The notes below the pieces were generated by a model, which was not told the DNA's origin, did not search any database, and saw only the letters and a list, made by a program, of their open reading frames with translations. Positions 53,601-64,000 of a stretch of DNA of 64,000 nt are shown here, one piece after another; the stretch's first letter is position 1; each line of letters begins with the position of its first letter. The translations under genes were made by a program, and so were the position numbers. The DNA comes from Stegostoma tigrinum (taxonomy: Eukaryota), in assembly GCF_030684315.1 (NCBI RefSeq), contig NC_081361.1, forward strand, positions 41,399,045-41,463,044, read 5' to 3'.

Positions 53601-53808
53601 AAATTTAAAATATGGATGATGTCAAACTATTACTACGTTGGATCTAATTTTAATTTCAGTGTCCAACTGTCTTCCATGTGGGCCAAAGTACTGGAGCTGC
53701 AAGTCTGTTATTTCTCAGTACTGTGACTGCATTCCGAGAGAGCTGTGCAGAGATAATGTACAACACTGTGTGGATTGGTCAGATGAGTACATCTGTCCTG
53801 CAAACTAA
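50659..53808 (+). CDS. LDLRAD1: LDLRAD1, LDL receptor class A domain-containing protein 1; join(50659..50697,50805..50865,50986..51135,52633..52764,52849..52977,53660..53808), 219 aa
   Basis: 660 nt in-frame over 6 GT-AG exons. N-terminal NKTYPE, a Cys-rich juxtamembrane stretch plus TM helix, then three LDLa-type modules including DVPHNLPSYLVFTCGNPNSWIYTDQVCNGFNNCGDCSDE and YCDCIPRELCRDNVQHCVDWSDEYICP, closely matching human LDLRAD1 as I recall it. Syntenic position fits. Confidence 0.92.
50805..50865 (+). CDS. LDLRAD1: LDLRAD1 exon 2
   Basis: LSFDADSSGSLSMISNNSKK; tAG acceptor, G|GTAAAT donor; 61 nt; phase 0 to 1 fits. Confidence 0.72.
50986..51135 (+). CDS. LDLRAD1: LDLRAD1 exon 3 (TM helix)
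   Basis: CWDCSQSDASYCWCSKQCYWISVVVMLLLGVTVAALACAIIFGIPKNIP; 150 nt. Confidence 0.88.
52633..52764 (+). CDS. LDLRAD1: LDLRAD1 exon 4 (LDLa module 1)
   Basis: RVCITANNQSGFQCDDHVTCLQSSQVCHRIEDCLESAHESAMC; six Cys; 132 nt. Confidence 0.92.
52849..52977 (+). CDS. LDLRAD1: LDLRAD1 exon 5 (LDLa module 2)
   Basis: DVPHNLPSYLVFTCGNPNSWIYTDQVCNGFNNCGDCSDESGP; C|GTGAGC donor; 129 nt. Confidence 0.95.
53660..53808 (+). CDS. LDLRAD1: LDLRAD1 terminal exon (LDLa module 3)
   Basis: SNCLPCGPKYWSCKSVISQYCDCIPRELCRDNVQHCVDWSDEYICPAN then TAA. Confidence 0.95.
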
Positions 53809-54056
53809 TACCAGAAGTGGGAAGGAGTAACGCAACACTCAGTAACATAATCCCATATTACTTCACCAGGACAGCAGATTTCTGTTTTGTGGCTCTACAA
53901 AATGCATCTTTTGACCTGCAAATAGCTTTGGAAATTGCAGCATTTCACTGCAGGATGCAAGTGTCCATCCTACTTGCTTGTGAAAAGGTTATTCAGTATT
54001 GTCTATTAAAATGCTATCCATGTTCAAAAACTCCAGTGTAACAAGAATCAGTGTTA

Positions 54057-54062
54057 ATTAAA
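54057..54062 (+). terminator. Candidate LDLRAD1 polyadenylation signal (ATTAAA)
   Basis: ATTAAA followed by a GT/T-rich tract; a second ATTAAA lies at 54005-54010. Confidence 0.45.
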
Positions 54063-55002
54063 CTGTATTGATTGTTGCTTTTCCCTTTTGTTGCTGTATT
54101 TAAATTGCATGTTCTGTGCTTGCTGCTTTTTTTGTACTGTCAAACTCACTCAAAATAAGTTTTCTTTACATATCTTTTGATGAAAAAGAGCTTCTTTAAA
54201 GAAAATTTGATGTTTTGAGAATATAACCTAATGTAAAGTTGGCATTAATCCTGAAAAATTCCTTGGGTAAACATTTAAAATAGTGACAAGCCTCCAGGCC
54301 TGCCCAGCTTAAGGGCTGAACTCCCAACACCGTCTTCTCTCCCTAACACAGGGAAATGTCTGAGATTGCTTCCAGTCCACATAACACAGCTGAGAAACTA
54401 GCTGTACAGATTAGGCCCTAATTTAGCCATGTCACAGGCTCTTGTTTACCCTGCATTTGTACCACCAGAGTCACATGTTCCACACAATTTTCTTGGGGGA
54501 CAATATTCAATATCCAGCCCAGCCTGACTTGAGTAGGGAGAACAGTAGCTTCTGTGCACCTTTGCTGCTTTTAACCTTGACCTTGGTACAATGCCTGCAA
54601 CTTAAATGTATGGAAGTAAACAGCTTTTTAGTCCATTTGTGTCTGAGTCAGCTCCTTTTTAAATAGAAATACCTTTAAAAACATTTGTTTTCATCCTGCC
54701 TTCTTGAGAGTTACATCTGTGTCCTCCTATTACTGGCCTTTCTGGCACTGGAAACTCTTGACGTTCTTTGCAGGTGAAAAAATGTTCAAAACTACAGTCT
54801 AAAAGAAAAATTTAAACTAGGTGGGTCTGGGATTCCAATGGCTTGGATCCCTTGCGGTAGCTTTGACTTTCCTTGGGTCTACTGCTCCCTGCATTCCAGC
54901 ACTTTAAAGCACATTATTTGTAAAACATTGTAAGTATCAAGCCAGTTCTCTCTCTCTCTCTCTCTTTGTTTCTTCAGCTTTCAGCTGAAGTGGGTCACTT
55001 TT

Positions 55003-55745
55003 AGTCATAGAACTATACAGCATGGAAATCCAACTTGTCCATGCCAACCCAGGTTTCCTAAATTAGTTAGCTCCATTTGGCCCATATCCCTTTTAAACCC
55101 TTTCTATTCATAAGTCCAGCAAGATGTCTCTTAAAATGTTGTAATTACCAGCCTCCACCATTTCTTGTGACTGATCATTACATACGTGCACTACCCTCTG
55201 CGTGGAAGTTGCCCCTTAGGTCCCTTAAATTTCTCCCTCTCACGTTAAACCTATGCCTCCTGGTTCTCTCTGCCTCCTGGTTCTCTATGCCTCCCCACCC
55301 CAGGGAAAAGCCTTTGGGTATTCACCCTATCCATGCCTCATGATTTTTATAAACCTCAAAAGGGTCATTCCCTCACTGTCTGACGCTCTAGGGGAAAGTA
55401 GCCCAAGTCTATTCAGCCTCTCCGTATAGCTCAAACCCTCTGACCCTAGCAACATACTTAAATCTTTTCTGAACCCTTTAAAGTTTCACAACATCCTTCA
55501 TTCGGCAAGGAGGTCAGAATTGAAAACTACTCCAAAAGTAGCCTAACCAATGTCCAGTACACCACAACATGACTTCTCCATTCCTATACACAATGCAATG
55601 ACAAAGGCAAGCATACCAAATGTCACCTTCACCACACTGTCTACCTGTGACTCTGCTTTCAAGGAACTATGAACCTGCACTCCACAGTCTCTAATTCAGC
55701 AACACTTCCCCAGGGACCTTACCATTAAGTATTCAAGTCCTGCCC
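55003..55745 (-). mobile_element. CR1 LINE 3' fragment
   Basis: Reverse complement of the same CR1 3' end (agtcatagaactatacagcatggaaa...ctatccatgcctcatgattttataaacctc). Confidence 0.85.
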
Positions 55746-56343
55746 TTGTACAAAGCAAATAACTGTTTGTGGGCCTTCAGTCCCAGATCTCTGAACTACT
55801 AATTGCACGCTAGCTTCTTTTGTACCCTTTGCAGGTCCTCTGAATTCCCTGGACCCAGACTACATAATTATTCTACTACACTATGTCTTCCTTGAACCCA
55901 GCCCTCGAACCTGATAGTGGCGCTAACAACAGCCTGCTTTTCTTTCTCTTGCAATAGGTCCTGCTCTAGTGCTAGGCAGAATTAAATGCAATATTTTGGA
56001 AGTCAAATTAGGTTGTCTGGACTGTCTGTACCTCCTTAATATACAAACATTGTCACTACACCAGTTTTGCTTGGTTAACTTTCAATGAACTTGGATTCAC
56101 TCTGTTTCTTCTTAATAATATTGCAAAGACTGCCCTGACAGAGATCCAATTCCTCTGTTTCCCCCATCTTGCCTCTGTCTGTAGATGTAAAACCTCAATG
56201 GGCATGTCATTCTCAGACTGCTGCTAGACTTCTCGGGAGATTATTTGTACTAAATGAAGTTTAACCTCAGTGCTTGCAGCTCTTACATTTAAAGAAAGAA
56301 TAGTAATTGAGGTACTGTCAGGAAATCTCATGATCTAAAAATA

Positions 56344-56367
56344 TTTATTACATGATTCCAATTTATT
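56344..56367 (-). terminator. Tandem AATAAA signals for LRRC42
   Basis: TTTATT on plus at 56344-56349 and 56362-56367, about 165-185 nt past the stop. Confidence 0.55.
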
Positions 56368-56529
56368 ATTCAACTCAAAGCGCAGTTGAATATAGAAGTT
56401 AAGATGAGAAACGGTACAAAATAACAGATGATACTTCTAATCTTCTACAAAGGCTGAATGTTAATCTCTAATTATGTTGTGATTCAACCATCCTAGCCTC
56501 ATTAACCAGGGAATCATCTTAATTATTCC

Positions 56530-56783
56530 TCAGTAACAGTTCATGATATCCCAGTCATTCAAGGTCAGCTCAGCATGCTTGCGTTTCACAGGAAGGGAAG
56601 AACACCCAGTCACTTCAGTTTGTCCACTACTACTCTTAGTGACCCCTAAAGCAGAAGTTACAGTGGCCTGCACGTGGTGATCCTTACTGGTTTTTCTGTG
56701 AAACTGCATTCTGATTGGTTCGTTGATTTGCACAGTATTTGAAAGTCCGTCAGTTCCTACGTTGATCAGCTTGTTTATTCCAT
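56530..56783 (-). CDS. LRRC42: LRRC42 terminal exon
   Basis: ttttgtAG acceptor; YGINKLINVG...DWDIMNCY then TGA; 254 nt. Confidence 0.9.
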
Positions 56784-59700
56784 CTACAAAATAAATGAAA
56801 TTATGACATAATCAAAGTATAATGAGAATTGAAAGTTACTTTACAAATAAAATGGATAATGTGACTGCAATAGAAGATGGAGGAGTTAGTAAAATAATTC
56901 CTTTTGCTGGAAATGGCAGTGGAGAGGAAAACAAAACAAAACAGATGAACTTGAATTCCCATATTCGATTGTGACAGATTATACATCAATGGGAGGTGTA
57001 TTTGGATAGAGTTCCCATTCACAGTCATAGCCTATGTTGAAATCTGAACAATGGACTGAGCTTCCAGAAGATGGAAAGTACCTGTAAAAAAAGTGCTTCT
57101 CAACAAGAAGTCATCCCTTTGGGACAGAGAATAAGTTGATTGGCAGATGTGCTGAATACAACAAACACGGATGTGAGGCAAAGACTAATAATTGACTGAC
57201 TTTCAGCACAAAGCTGAAAGTTCACATTGGGGATTTAGGATTAGAGGCTGATCCTCTTTATTCATGTAACTTTCTATCTTCAAAAACTGTGAAAAATTGT
57301 ACAAGGTGCCTTGAACTTCATTAGCATTCTGCACATGCAAAGTCATGTGTCAATTTCTGTTAATGCGTCAACTAAGACACGAACTAAGAGCAGCATTTTA
57401 ACATCATTTACAAAGAAATTCTTAGCAAAACTGTGGAGTAACGTTACAAAAATTGGAGACAATATTAAGAGGGCAATCAGCATGGATTTAGGAAATGGAG
57501 GTTATGTTTAGCTAAACTGGAGCTTTTTGAACACACTACTGACAAAAAAATTCTTTTCATATGGCCTCTCAAAAACTGAGAAAATTTCAATCAATTAATG
57601 ATTCATGGCAAGCACTGTATAGTAAAAAGTAAGATGTCATGGGTGATGTGCTACAGGGATCAATGCTGGTCCTCAATATTTTACAGTTTTCTATAAATTA
57701 CTTGGATGAGGGAACCAGACTTATAGTTATTCAATTTGCTGACCTGGGTTATGTGAGTGGTCAAAGATCTGGCAAACAGAGTAAAATTCCTCCAGCAATA
57801 TTAGGCAATTGAGGGACTTGTGAAACTGAAGAACTAAAATAAATCAGTATCAATAAAAGGGTGGTTATTGAAAAATTAACAAGATTGACAGTTCACAATC
57901 CATTTGGGTGCAGCTCCTTTGGTCCAGAACATTGAAGATGGCGGCTACAGGAAAAATGGATACATTGATGACTATCTTTCCAAGTTGTATAGATCAGGAA
58001 AGATTCCTGCAGATTGGAAACTAGGAAATAGAACCTGTTCGTTTCATAAGGCACATGAGGAGGGGGATATAAGGGGAAGGCGATGGTCAAGTGGTATTAA
58101 TCGCTGGACTGTTAATCTGGATAACAGAGACCTGGATAACATTCCGGGAACCCAGGTTCAAATCCCACCACGGCAGATGATGGAATTTGAATTCAATTTT
58201 TTAAAAAATCTGGAATTAAGAGTGTAATGATGACCACGGAACCACTGGCGATTGTCAAGAAACACCCATCTGGTTCACTAATGTCCTTACCTGGTCTGGC
58301 CCTTTTGTGACTCCAGACCCACAGCAGTGTGGTTGACTCAACTGCCCGAAGGGCAACTGCTGCCTGGTCAGCGATGCCCTCATTCCATGAATGAATAAAG
58401 GATAAGAGAATGGAAACTACAGACCTGTTAGTTTGAAATGACGAGTCAGGAAAATATTAGAATCTATTCCAAAGGACATAATAACAGGACACTATTGGTA
58501 AAAACATTTTGAACTTTAATTTAGGATGTTACTTGTAGCATAGATAAAGGAGAACCAGTGGATGTGGTGTATTTGGATTTTTGGAAGTGTTTTAATAAGG
58601 TCCCCCACAGGAGAAGGGAGATAATAGGAATAAACAAGCCGTTCTCAGGTTGGCAGGCTATTTCTAGAGGAGTCTCACAAAGATCAGTGTTAGGGCCACA
58701 TTAGTTCATATAATTTATATAAATAATTTGAACCAAAATTTGTGGATGACAAAACTAGGTCAGAATGTGAGATGTAGCAAAGCGTAAGGACGGTTTAAGC
58801 AGACTTGGGCAAGCTAAGTCAACGGGAAAGAAAACGGCAGTTGGAATACAAGTGTGAATAATTCACTTTGGTAGGAAAAAAAAAAACAAAGAACACTCCT
58901 TAAACGTTAGGTCAGAGTCAGAGTTATACAGCATGAACACAAACCCTTCAGTCTAACTCATCCTCTCTGACCAGACATCCCCATCTGACCTAGTTTCATT
59001 TTTATAGAATCCCTACAGTGTGGAAACCGGTCCTTCAGCCCAACAAGTCCACACCAACCCTCAGGGCATCCCACCCAGACCCATCCCTGCATAACCCACA
59101 TAATCTACACACCCCTGAACACTACGAGCAATTTAGCCTGGCCAATCCACCTAATCTTTGGACTGTGGGAGGAAACCCACACAGACACGGGGAGAATGTG
59201 CAAACTCCGCACAGACAGACACCGGGGGCTGGAATCGAACCCAGGGCACTGGTGCTGTGAGGCAGCAGTGTTAACCACCGTGCTACCGTGCCACCCAAAT
59301 GCAAGCATTTGGCCCAAATCCCTCTACATCCTTCCTATTCATATACTCATCCAAATACCTTTCAAATATTGTAATTGTACCTGCCTCCACCACTTCCTCT
59401 GCTAGCTCGTTCCATATACATAGTACCTTCTGCCTGAAAAAGTTACCCTTCAGGTCCTTTTAAAAATTTTCTCCTCTCACCTTAAAACTTATGCCTTCTA
59501 CTTTTGGACTCCCTCACTCGAGGAAAAAGACAATGGCTTTTCACCCTATCCGTGCCCCTCATGATTTATAAACTTCTATAAGGTCACCTCTCAGTATCTG
59601 ATGCTCCAGAAAGAAAAGTCACAACCTATTCAGCCCTATCCCTATAACATAAACCCTCCGGTCATGGCAACATCCTTGTAAATCCTTTCTGTATCCTCTC

Positions 59701-62547
59701 AAGTTTAACATCACCATTCCCAATAGCAGGGCAACCAGAACTGTACACAGTACTCAAAGTGGTCCCACCAATGTCCTGTACAATGGCAACATGTGACCCA
59801 ACTCCAATGCTCAATGTTCTGACCAATGAGAGCAAGCCAAATGCCTTCATCACCTGTCTACCTGCAACTCCAGTTTTACAGAGGTTGAGAAACAATAGTG
59901 TTCAAAGGCTCTGGGCATCCTTGTTCATGACATAGTGAAAGTTTGCTTGCAGGCACAACAATCAATAAAGTACATGGCACTTCAGCCTTCATTATAAAGA
60001 GATTACAGTATAAAGATGCAGTTGTATTGAGCCTTGGTGAGACTATACTGGGAGTATTTTGTACAATTCTGGTCTCCTTATGTAAGGAAGGATACACTTG
60101 GCCATACAGGGAGTGTAATGGAGGTTCACCAGATTAATTGCTGGGACGATAGGATGGTTTTGAGGAAAGATTGAGGAAATTAGGCTTATATTCTCTAGAG
60201 TTTCAAGGAATGAGTTCTTCACGGACATTTCATGGTTATGAAGGCAATTATAACAAGACCTCAATGGATTGTTAATGGAAATTCCAAAGAGTGTTTTAGT
60301 TGAGACATTAAATCAATGACCCACCCATTTCAGGGGATGTAATCTATCTCACAGCATTATATGAAGAACAAGGAGTTCACCTGTTGACCTTCAACCAACA
60401 TCACCAAAAAAAACAGCTGACCATGGGACTTTGTTGTGTGAAATGAGTGCTGTGTTTGCCTAACACTATTAAACTAGTAACTACACAAAGTACATCAATG
60501 ATTGTGAAGTGCTGAGGATGTGGTAAGGACCTTGTAAGTGGAAGTTCTTCCTTTCTCTTATGAAGAAACAGAATATTTGGAAGAAAGGAGAAAACTAATT
60601 CAGACTGTTTTTGTTATTTACACAGTTGACATCATTGAGACAGAGTATCTAAATGTGTTGCATAAACAATTAGATGCTTTTTTCAAGAAAGAATGGAGAT
60701 ATATGGCCCTAAGTCATTACCAAATATTCAAACAGTAATGTGGAAGCATATGTAGTTATTTTTATCAACCCTATACAGAGACGTTATGACACACTTCTGG
60801 ACCAGGTGGGACTTGAACCTGGACTGCCTAGATCAGAGGTAGGCACATAACCATTGCACCACAAAGACTCATAAACAATGCAAATTTGTTAAATATCAGA
60901 ACTGATTAAACAGGTTCCGATTTAGTGAAAATTCCAAATGAATAGGATTTTGATAAATGACAGGGTCATATTGATTTCACAAGGCTTCTCATTTATCAAA
61001 TCAATGGCTTGGTTGCACACTTCCTCCAAAATACTTACAGAATCGCTGTGCCACTGTTCTGCCATTAATATTCTCACGTTGTCTAACAGACACACGTTCC
61101 CATTGATGAACCACCTGGTGTAAATAAAAACCCAAACATAAATTCACCAAGTATGCAAAAGAATCACAGTTATCACAGTACAGAAGGTGGCTATTTATCT
61201 GCACTGGATCTCCAAATGAGCAAACCACTTAACGATTTTCTGCCCTGCCCTTTTCCCCAAAACTCTGCTCTACATTCCGCTTTCCTTGCTGACAGTCTAA
61301 TTCACTTCTGAATATTTCAATTGAACCTACTTCCGTCACAATGTCCAGTAGTTCATTCCAGACCTTAACCAAGTGCTTCTCAATTTTTTTCCCCACGGTG
61401 ACATTTTTCTATGAGCCCAGACCTGTACAAGTCATGGTGGGGGCTTACATGTGGCGACCAGGTGATAAAGTCTGGGTCAGGGTTATTATTTAATTTATAA
61501 AGCATTCAGGCTTTTATGGTCATCTTTCTGTTGTTAGTCCAGTGACTACCAGTTTTATTGAAGTCCCTTTCAAAACTTAAATGTAGTGGGAGCTCATGAA
61601 TTCCAAAGTTGCACGTTCAGACTTAAGAAGGCTCCACTATCACTGCACTATTATATTCTTTACAGGAAATGGGTTCTGTCTTGAAATATAGTGAATCAGA
61701 ATAAAGGAAGTGGAGCAAAGATTTTAATTTATATTCCAGAAGTGAAAACACTAAAGTATGAATAAATTTTCTTTGATGCACAGTTAAAAAGGGCAAGTTT
61801 AATCACAATGTTCATTCATAACATTGTAGGCTCTATGATGGGTCGATAGTAAAAGCAACTCCGCAGAATTAATTATCCGAATTTCCCTCCCTCAAATTAG
61901 ATGCAACAGTCAGCAAAGGTCAATTGCTAGAAAGCTTCATCCTGCAAATTGCTGAAATGAGTTCAAATGGCAAATTCAGCGATTCAAAGCACTGACCCCT
62001 TGCATTATTGATGGAACCACTGAAAAAATGCCAATAATGTTTTCACTAGAGCACGAAGAATTTTCCATTTAAGATTGTTTGTACCAGTCTGAAGAGCTCC
62101 CTGATCATATTCGGTTCTCACCAGATGCTGGGTAAAGTTCTCTCTACTCTGCCCATACAATACACCACACATCAAACTGAGAATTGAACTCACGGTGTTG
62201 GATGACTTTGCTGAACTTTGCCAAATTTGTAACAATTTGGCAGTCATTTTTATGACCTGGACCAACAGCCAGAAATACAATTTCACAGGATTCTTTTCAG
62301 GCAGATTAGAAGTCTTTCAATTAATTTCTCAGGGAGAATTGGAATTAGTTCTCTTAATTAAATGACTAAACATCAGAATCTGCAAATTACGGTTTTGAAA
62401 ACCCAGAACACTTCTGCTCCAGGTACACAGTACCTGCTCTGCCCAGCCTTCTGTTCTGCAGCATGTGTGCTTAAACACCTCCAGAGGTTCCCCAGCAGGA
62501 TGAAACGACAACTTGTTCTGAATCATTTGGACCGAAGAACAATTGGG
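56530..62547 (-). CDS. LRRC42: LRRC42, leucine-rich repeat-containing protein 42, 3' part only; complement(join(56530..56783,61039..61114,62434..62547)); 5' exons lie beyond the window
   Basis: ...EPLEVFKHTCCRTEGWAEQ/VVHQWERV...AQRF/YG...MQFHRK...LTLNDWDIMNCY* matches the human C-terminus as I recall it (CKTEGWADQ/IVLQWERV...AQRFYG...VEDWDLLNSY). GT-AG junctions, phases 0 and 1. Confidence 0.92.
57630..58890 (+). mobile_element. Degraded CR1 ORF2 fragments with a nested SINE
   Basis: Remnants of QGS..GP, SGKIPADWK, NYRPVS, VDVVYLDF and KCE..HFGRK motifs. Confidence 0.7.
58075..58400 (+). mobile_element. tRNA-derived SINE, same family as 2680-3010
   Basis: gggaaggcgatggtcaagtggt...ggaacccaggttcaaatcccacc...cccatctggttcactaatgtcc...ccatgaatgaataaa. 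Confidence 0.8.
58915..59880 (-). mobile_element. CR1 LINE 3' fragment interrupted by an HE1 SINE
   Basis: CR1 3' end sequence on both sides of 59003-59296; KLERIQKGFTRMLP. Confidence 0.85.
59003..59296 (-). mobile_element. HE1-type SINE nested in CR1
   Basis: gggtggcacggtagcacggtggttaacactgctgcctcacagc...ggagtttgcacattctccccgtgtctg. Confidence 0.9.
59890..60230 (+). mobile_element. Degraded CR1 ORF2 3' fragment
   Basis: LVRxxLxYxVQFWSP and RRFTRLI-like sequence. Confidence 0.65.
61039..61114 (-). CDS. LRRC42: LRRC42 penultimate exon
   Basis: VVHQWERVSVRQRENINGRTVAQRF; cAG acceptor, T|GTAAGT donor; 76 nt. Confidence 0.92.
62434..62547 (-). CDS. LRRC42: LRRC42 antepenultimate exon
   Basis: PNCSSVQMIQNKLSFHPAGEPLEVFKHTCCRTEGWAEQ; 114 nt; CAG|GTACTG donor. 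Confidence 0.9.
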
Positions 62548-63192
62548 CTATTATATAAAAAAAGTTAAAGTTATTGAGAAACATTTTTACACCTTTAACT
62601 TAGTTTAATTTGGAAAATTATAGGGGAATCTCAGTTGTTTGGATATGTTAAGAAGGTGCACACAGTATGTAGGTTATTGGAAGGAAACTACACTCAGGAT
62701 TATAATAATGACAACAGCTCACTCTTTAGGTTTGATTGGTCAACATGCCACTCTACATTACATGTTTGATCCCCAAGTTTTATCAATATAGTTGATCAGT
62801 GGCAAGGCAGTAGCTGGGGCATTGCTACTGGCATCATCACTTGGATCACAGAAGAGGAGAAAAAGGGAAGAGCAAAAAATGTCAAAAGTTCTGCTCCTGA
62901 TCAACATCAAACAAATCTCACTGGAAATTGTGTGTGAATATTGAGTAAGGATGGAATCAGGTTCAACAGATACTCTTTCGTACCAGTGAGTAGACCAATA
63001 TTCACAAAACTTAGATAAGAAAAGTAGCCATTTAAGCCTTTATTAAAAGGATAGTTGGTGCAAGTAGGAGCTGTCTTGCAAGAATCAGTGCCTTCAGAAG
63101 AGGAGAGGTGGGAGGAAAAATGAAATAAGGAGGACAGGGATATAGCATCAAAATCAGAACAAAAATAAATACACAGTTATAGTGCTGCAGTT

Positions 63193-63784
63193 TGTGACGA
63201 TGCTGTGGCTTTCATGGTTATTTTGTCCTTGTTTGTTTTAAAAATAAAGAGAGAGATTAGACAAGAGGTGCTGACAGCTTTGGGTTTTTGCTTAACAGCC
63301 TGAATGGGTGTGGCCAGCTCTCTCAGATCAGGATTTCTGGATTTTGGTTTCTCAGTAGCATCAGAAGCTGTTGGGGTCTCAGTGGATGTCTCCTGGCTGC
63401 TACTCTGTCTGAATTTTCTATTGACTTTTTTTTCCTCCTGGGTTCGAGAACTGCATTTAGGAATCAATGTCTGAATTTGCCTTTTTGCCAAGGGGTGTAT
63501 TAAGAGTTGTTTCTATATTGGAACAGTTAATTAGTAATAGTCACTATATCTGTTATTCGGTTAAGTTTTCCAACAGAATTGCTATTCTGAGTTCTTCTTT
63601 CTTTTGTTCTTATTTTAATATACTGTTTAAATAAGATATTTTTTTGCTTAATGTCATGTAGTTTTGATCAGTCGCATTGCATCTTTAACACAGCATGTCA
63701 CATTTGCTGTTAATATAAGAAGAAATTAGAGTTTAGGCCACCTTCTTAGAATATTTTGAGGGATTCTTGGTCTGGTCCATAACA
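63193..63784. mobile_element. Probable solo LTR in LRRC42 intron
   Basis: About 590 bp beginning TGTGACG and ending CATAACA (TG...CA with terminal complementarity); flanks AGTT/AATT resemble a 4-bp TSD with one mismatch; no coding capacity. Confidence 0.5.
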
Positions 63785-63789
63785 AATTT

Positions 63790-64000
63790 AACAGAGGGAT
63801 GTTTTTCCCTGGAGTGCCGGAAGTTGAGGAGTGACCTTCTAGAGGTTTATAAAATCATGGCGGCATAGATAAGTTGAATAGCCAAGGACTTTTCCCTCGA
63901 GTAGAAGAGTTCAAAACCAGAGGGCATAGGTTTAAGGTGAGAGGGGAAAGATTTAAAAGGTAGTTGAGGCGCAACATTTTCTACACACAGGGTGATGCAT
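63790..64000 (+). mobile_element. CR1 LINE 3' fragment running off the window
   Basis: ttttccctggagtg...gaggtttataaaatcatg...gggcataggtttaaggtgagaggggaaagattt, as in the other copies. Confidence 0.85.

Overview
Eukaryotic genomic DNA from a vertebrate, almost certainly a cartilaginous fish (shark), judged from HE1-type SINEs, abundant CR1 LINEs and Penelope-like elements. Four spliced genes can be reconstructed by hand with GT-AG junctions and consistent phases: TCEANC2 (minus, 4 coding exons, 204 aa), TMEM59 (plus, 8 exons, 338 aa, head-to-head with TCEANC2 across 336 bp), LDLRAD1 (plus, 6 exons, 219 aa, absent from the ORF track) and the last three exons of LRRC42 (minus, convergent with LDLRAD1). 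As I recall it, this is the same order as human 1p32.3. The introns are full of decayed retroelements. I find no novel multi-gene system. The most interesting items are RNA- and DNA-structure signals: (i) minimal, dimer-type hammerhead ribozyme cores at Penelope termini and in short hairpin derivatives, one with an intact core in the sense strand of TCEANC2 intron 1; (ii) an inverted Penelope pair bracketing an in-frame TCEANC2 exon 2-3 cassette; (iii) a perfect 95-bp inverted templated insertion; (iv) a perfect 30-bp GATA-containing palindrome; (v) loss of two key residues of the TMEM59 ATG16L1-binding motif. Orthologue comparisons are from memory of the human proteins, repeat boundaries are approximate, and no searches were run.
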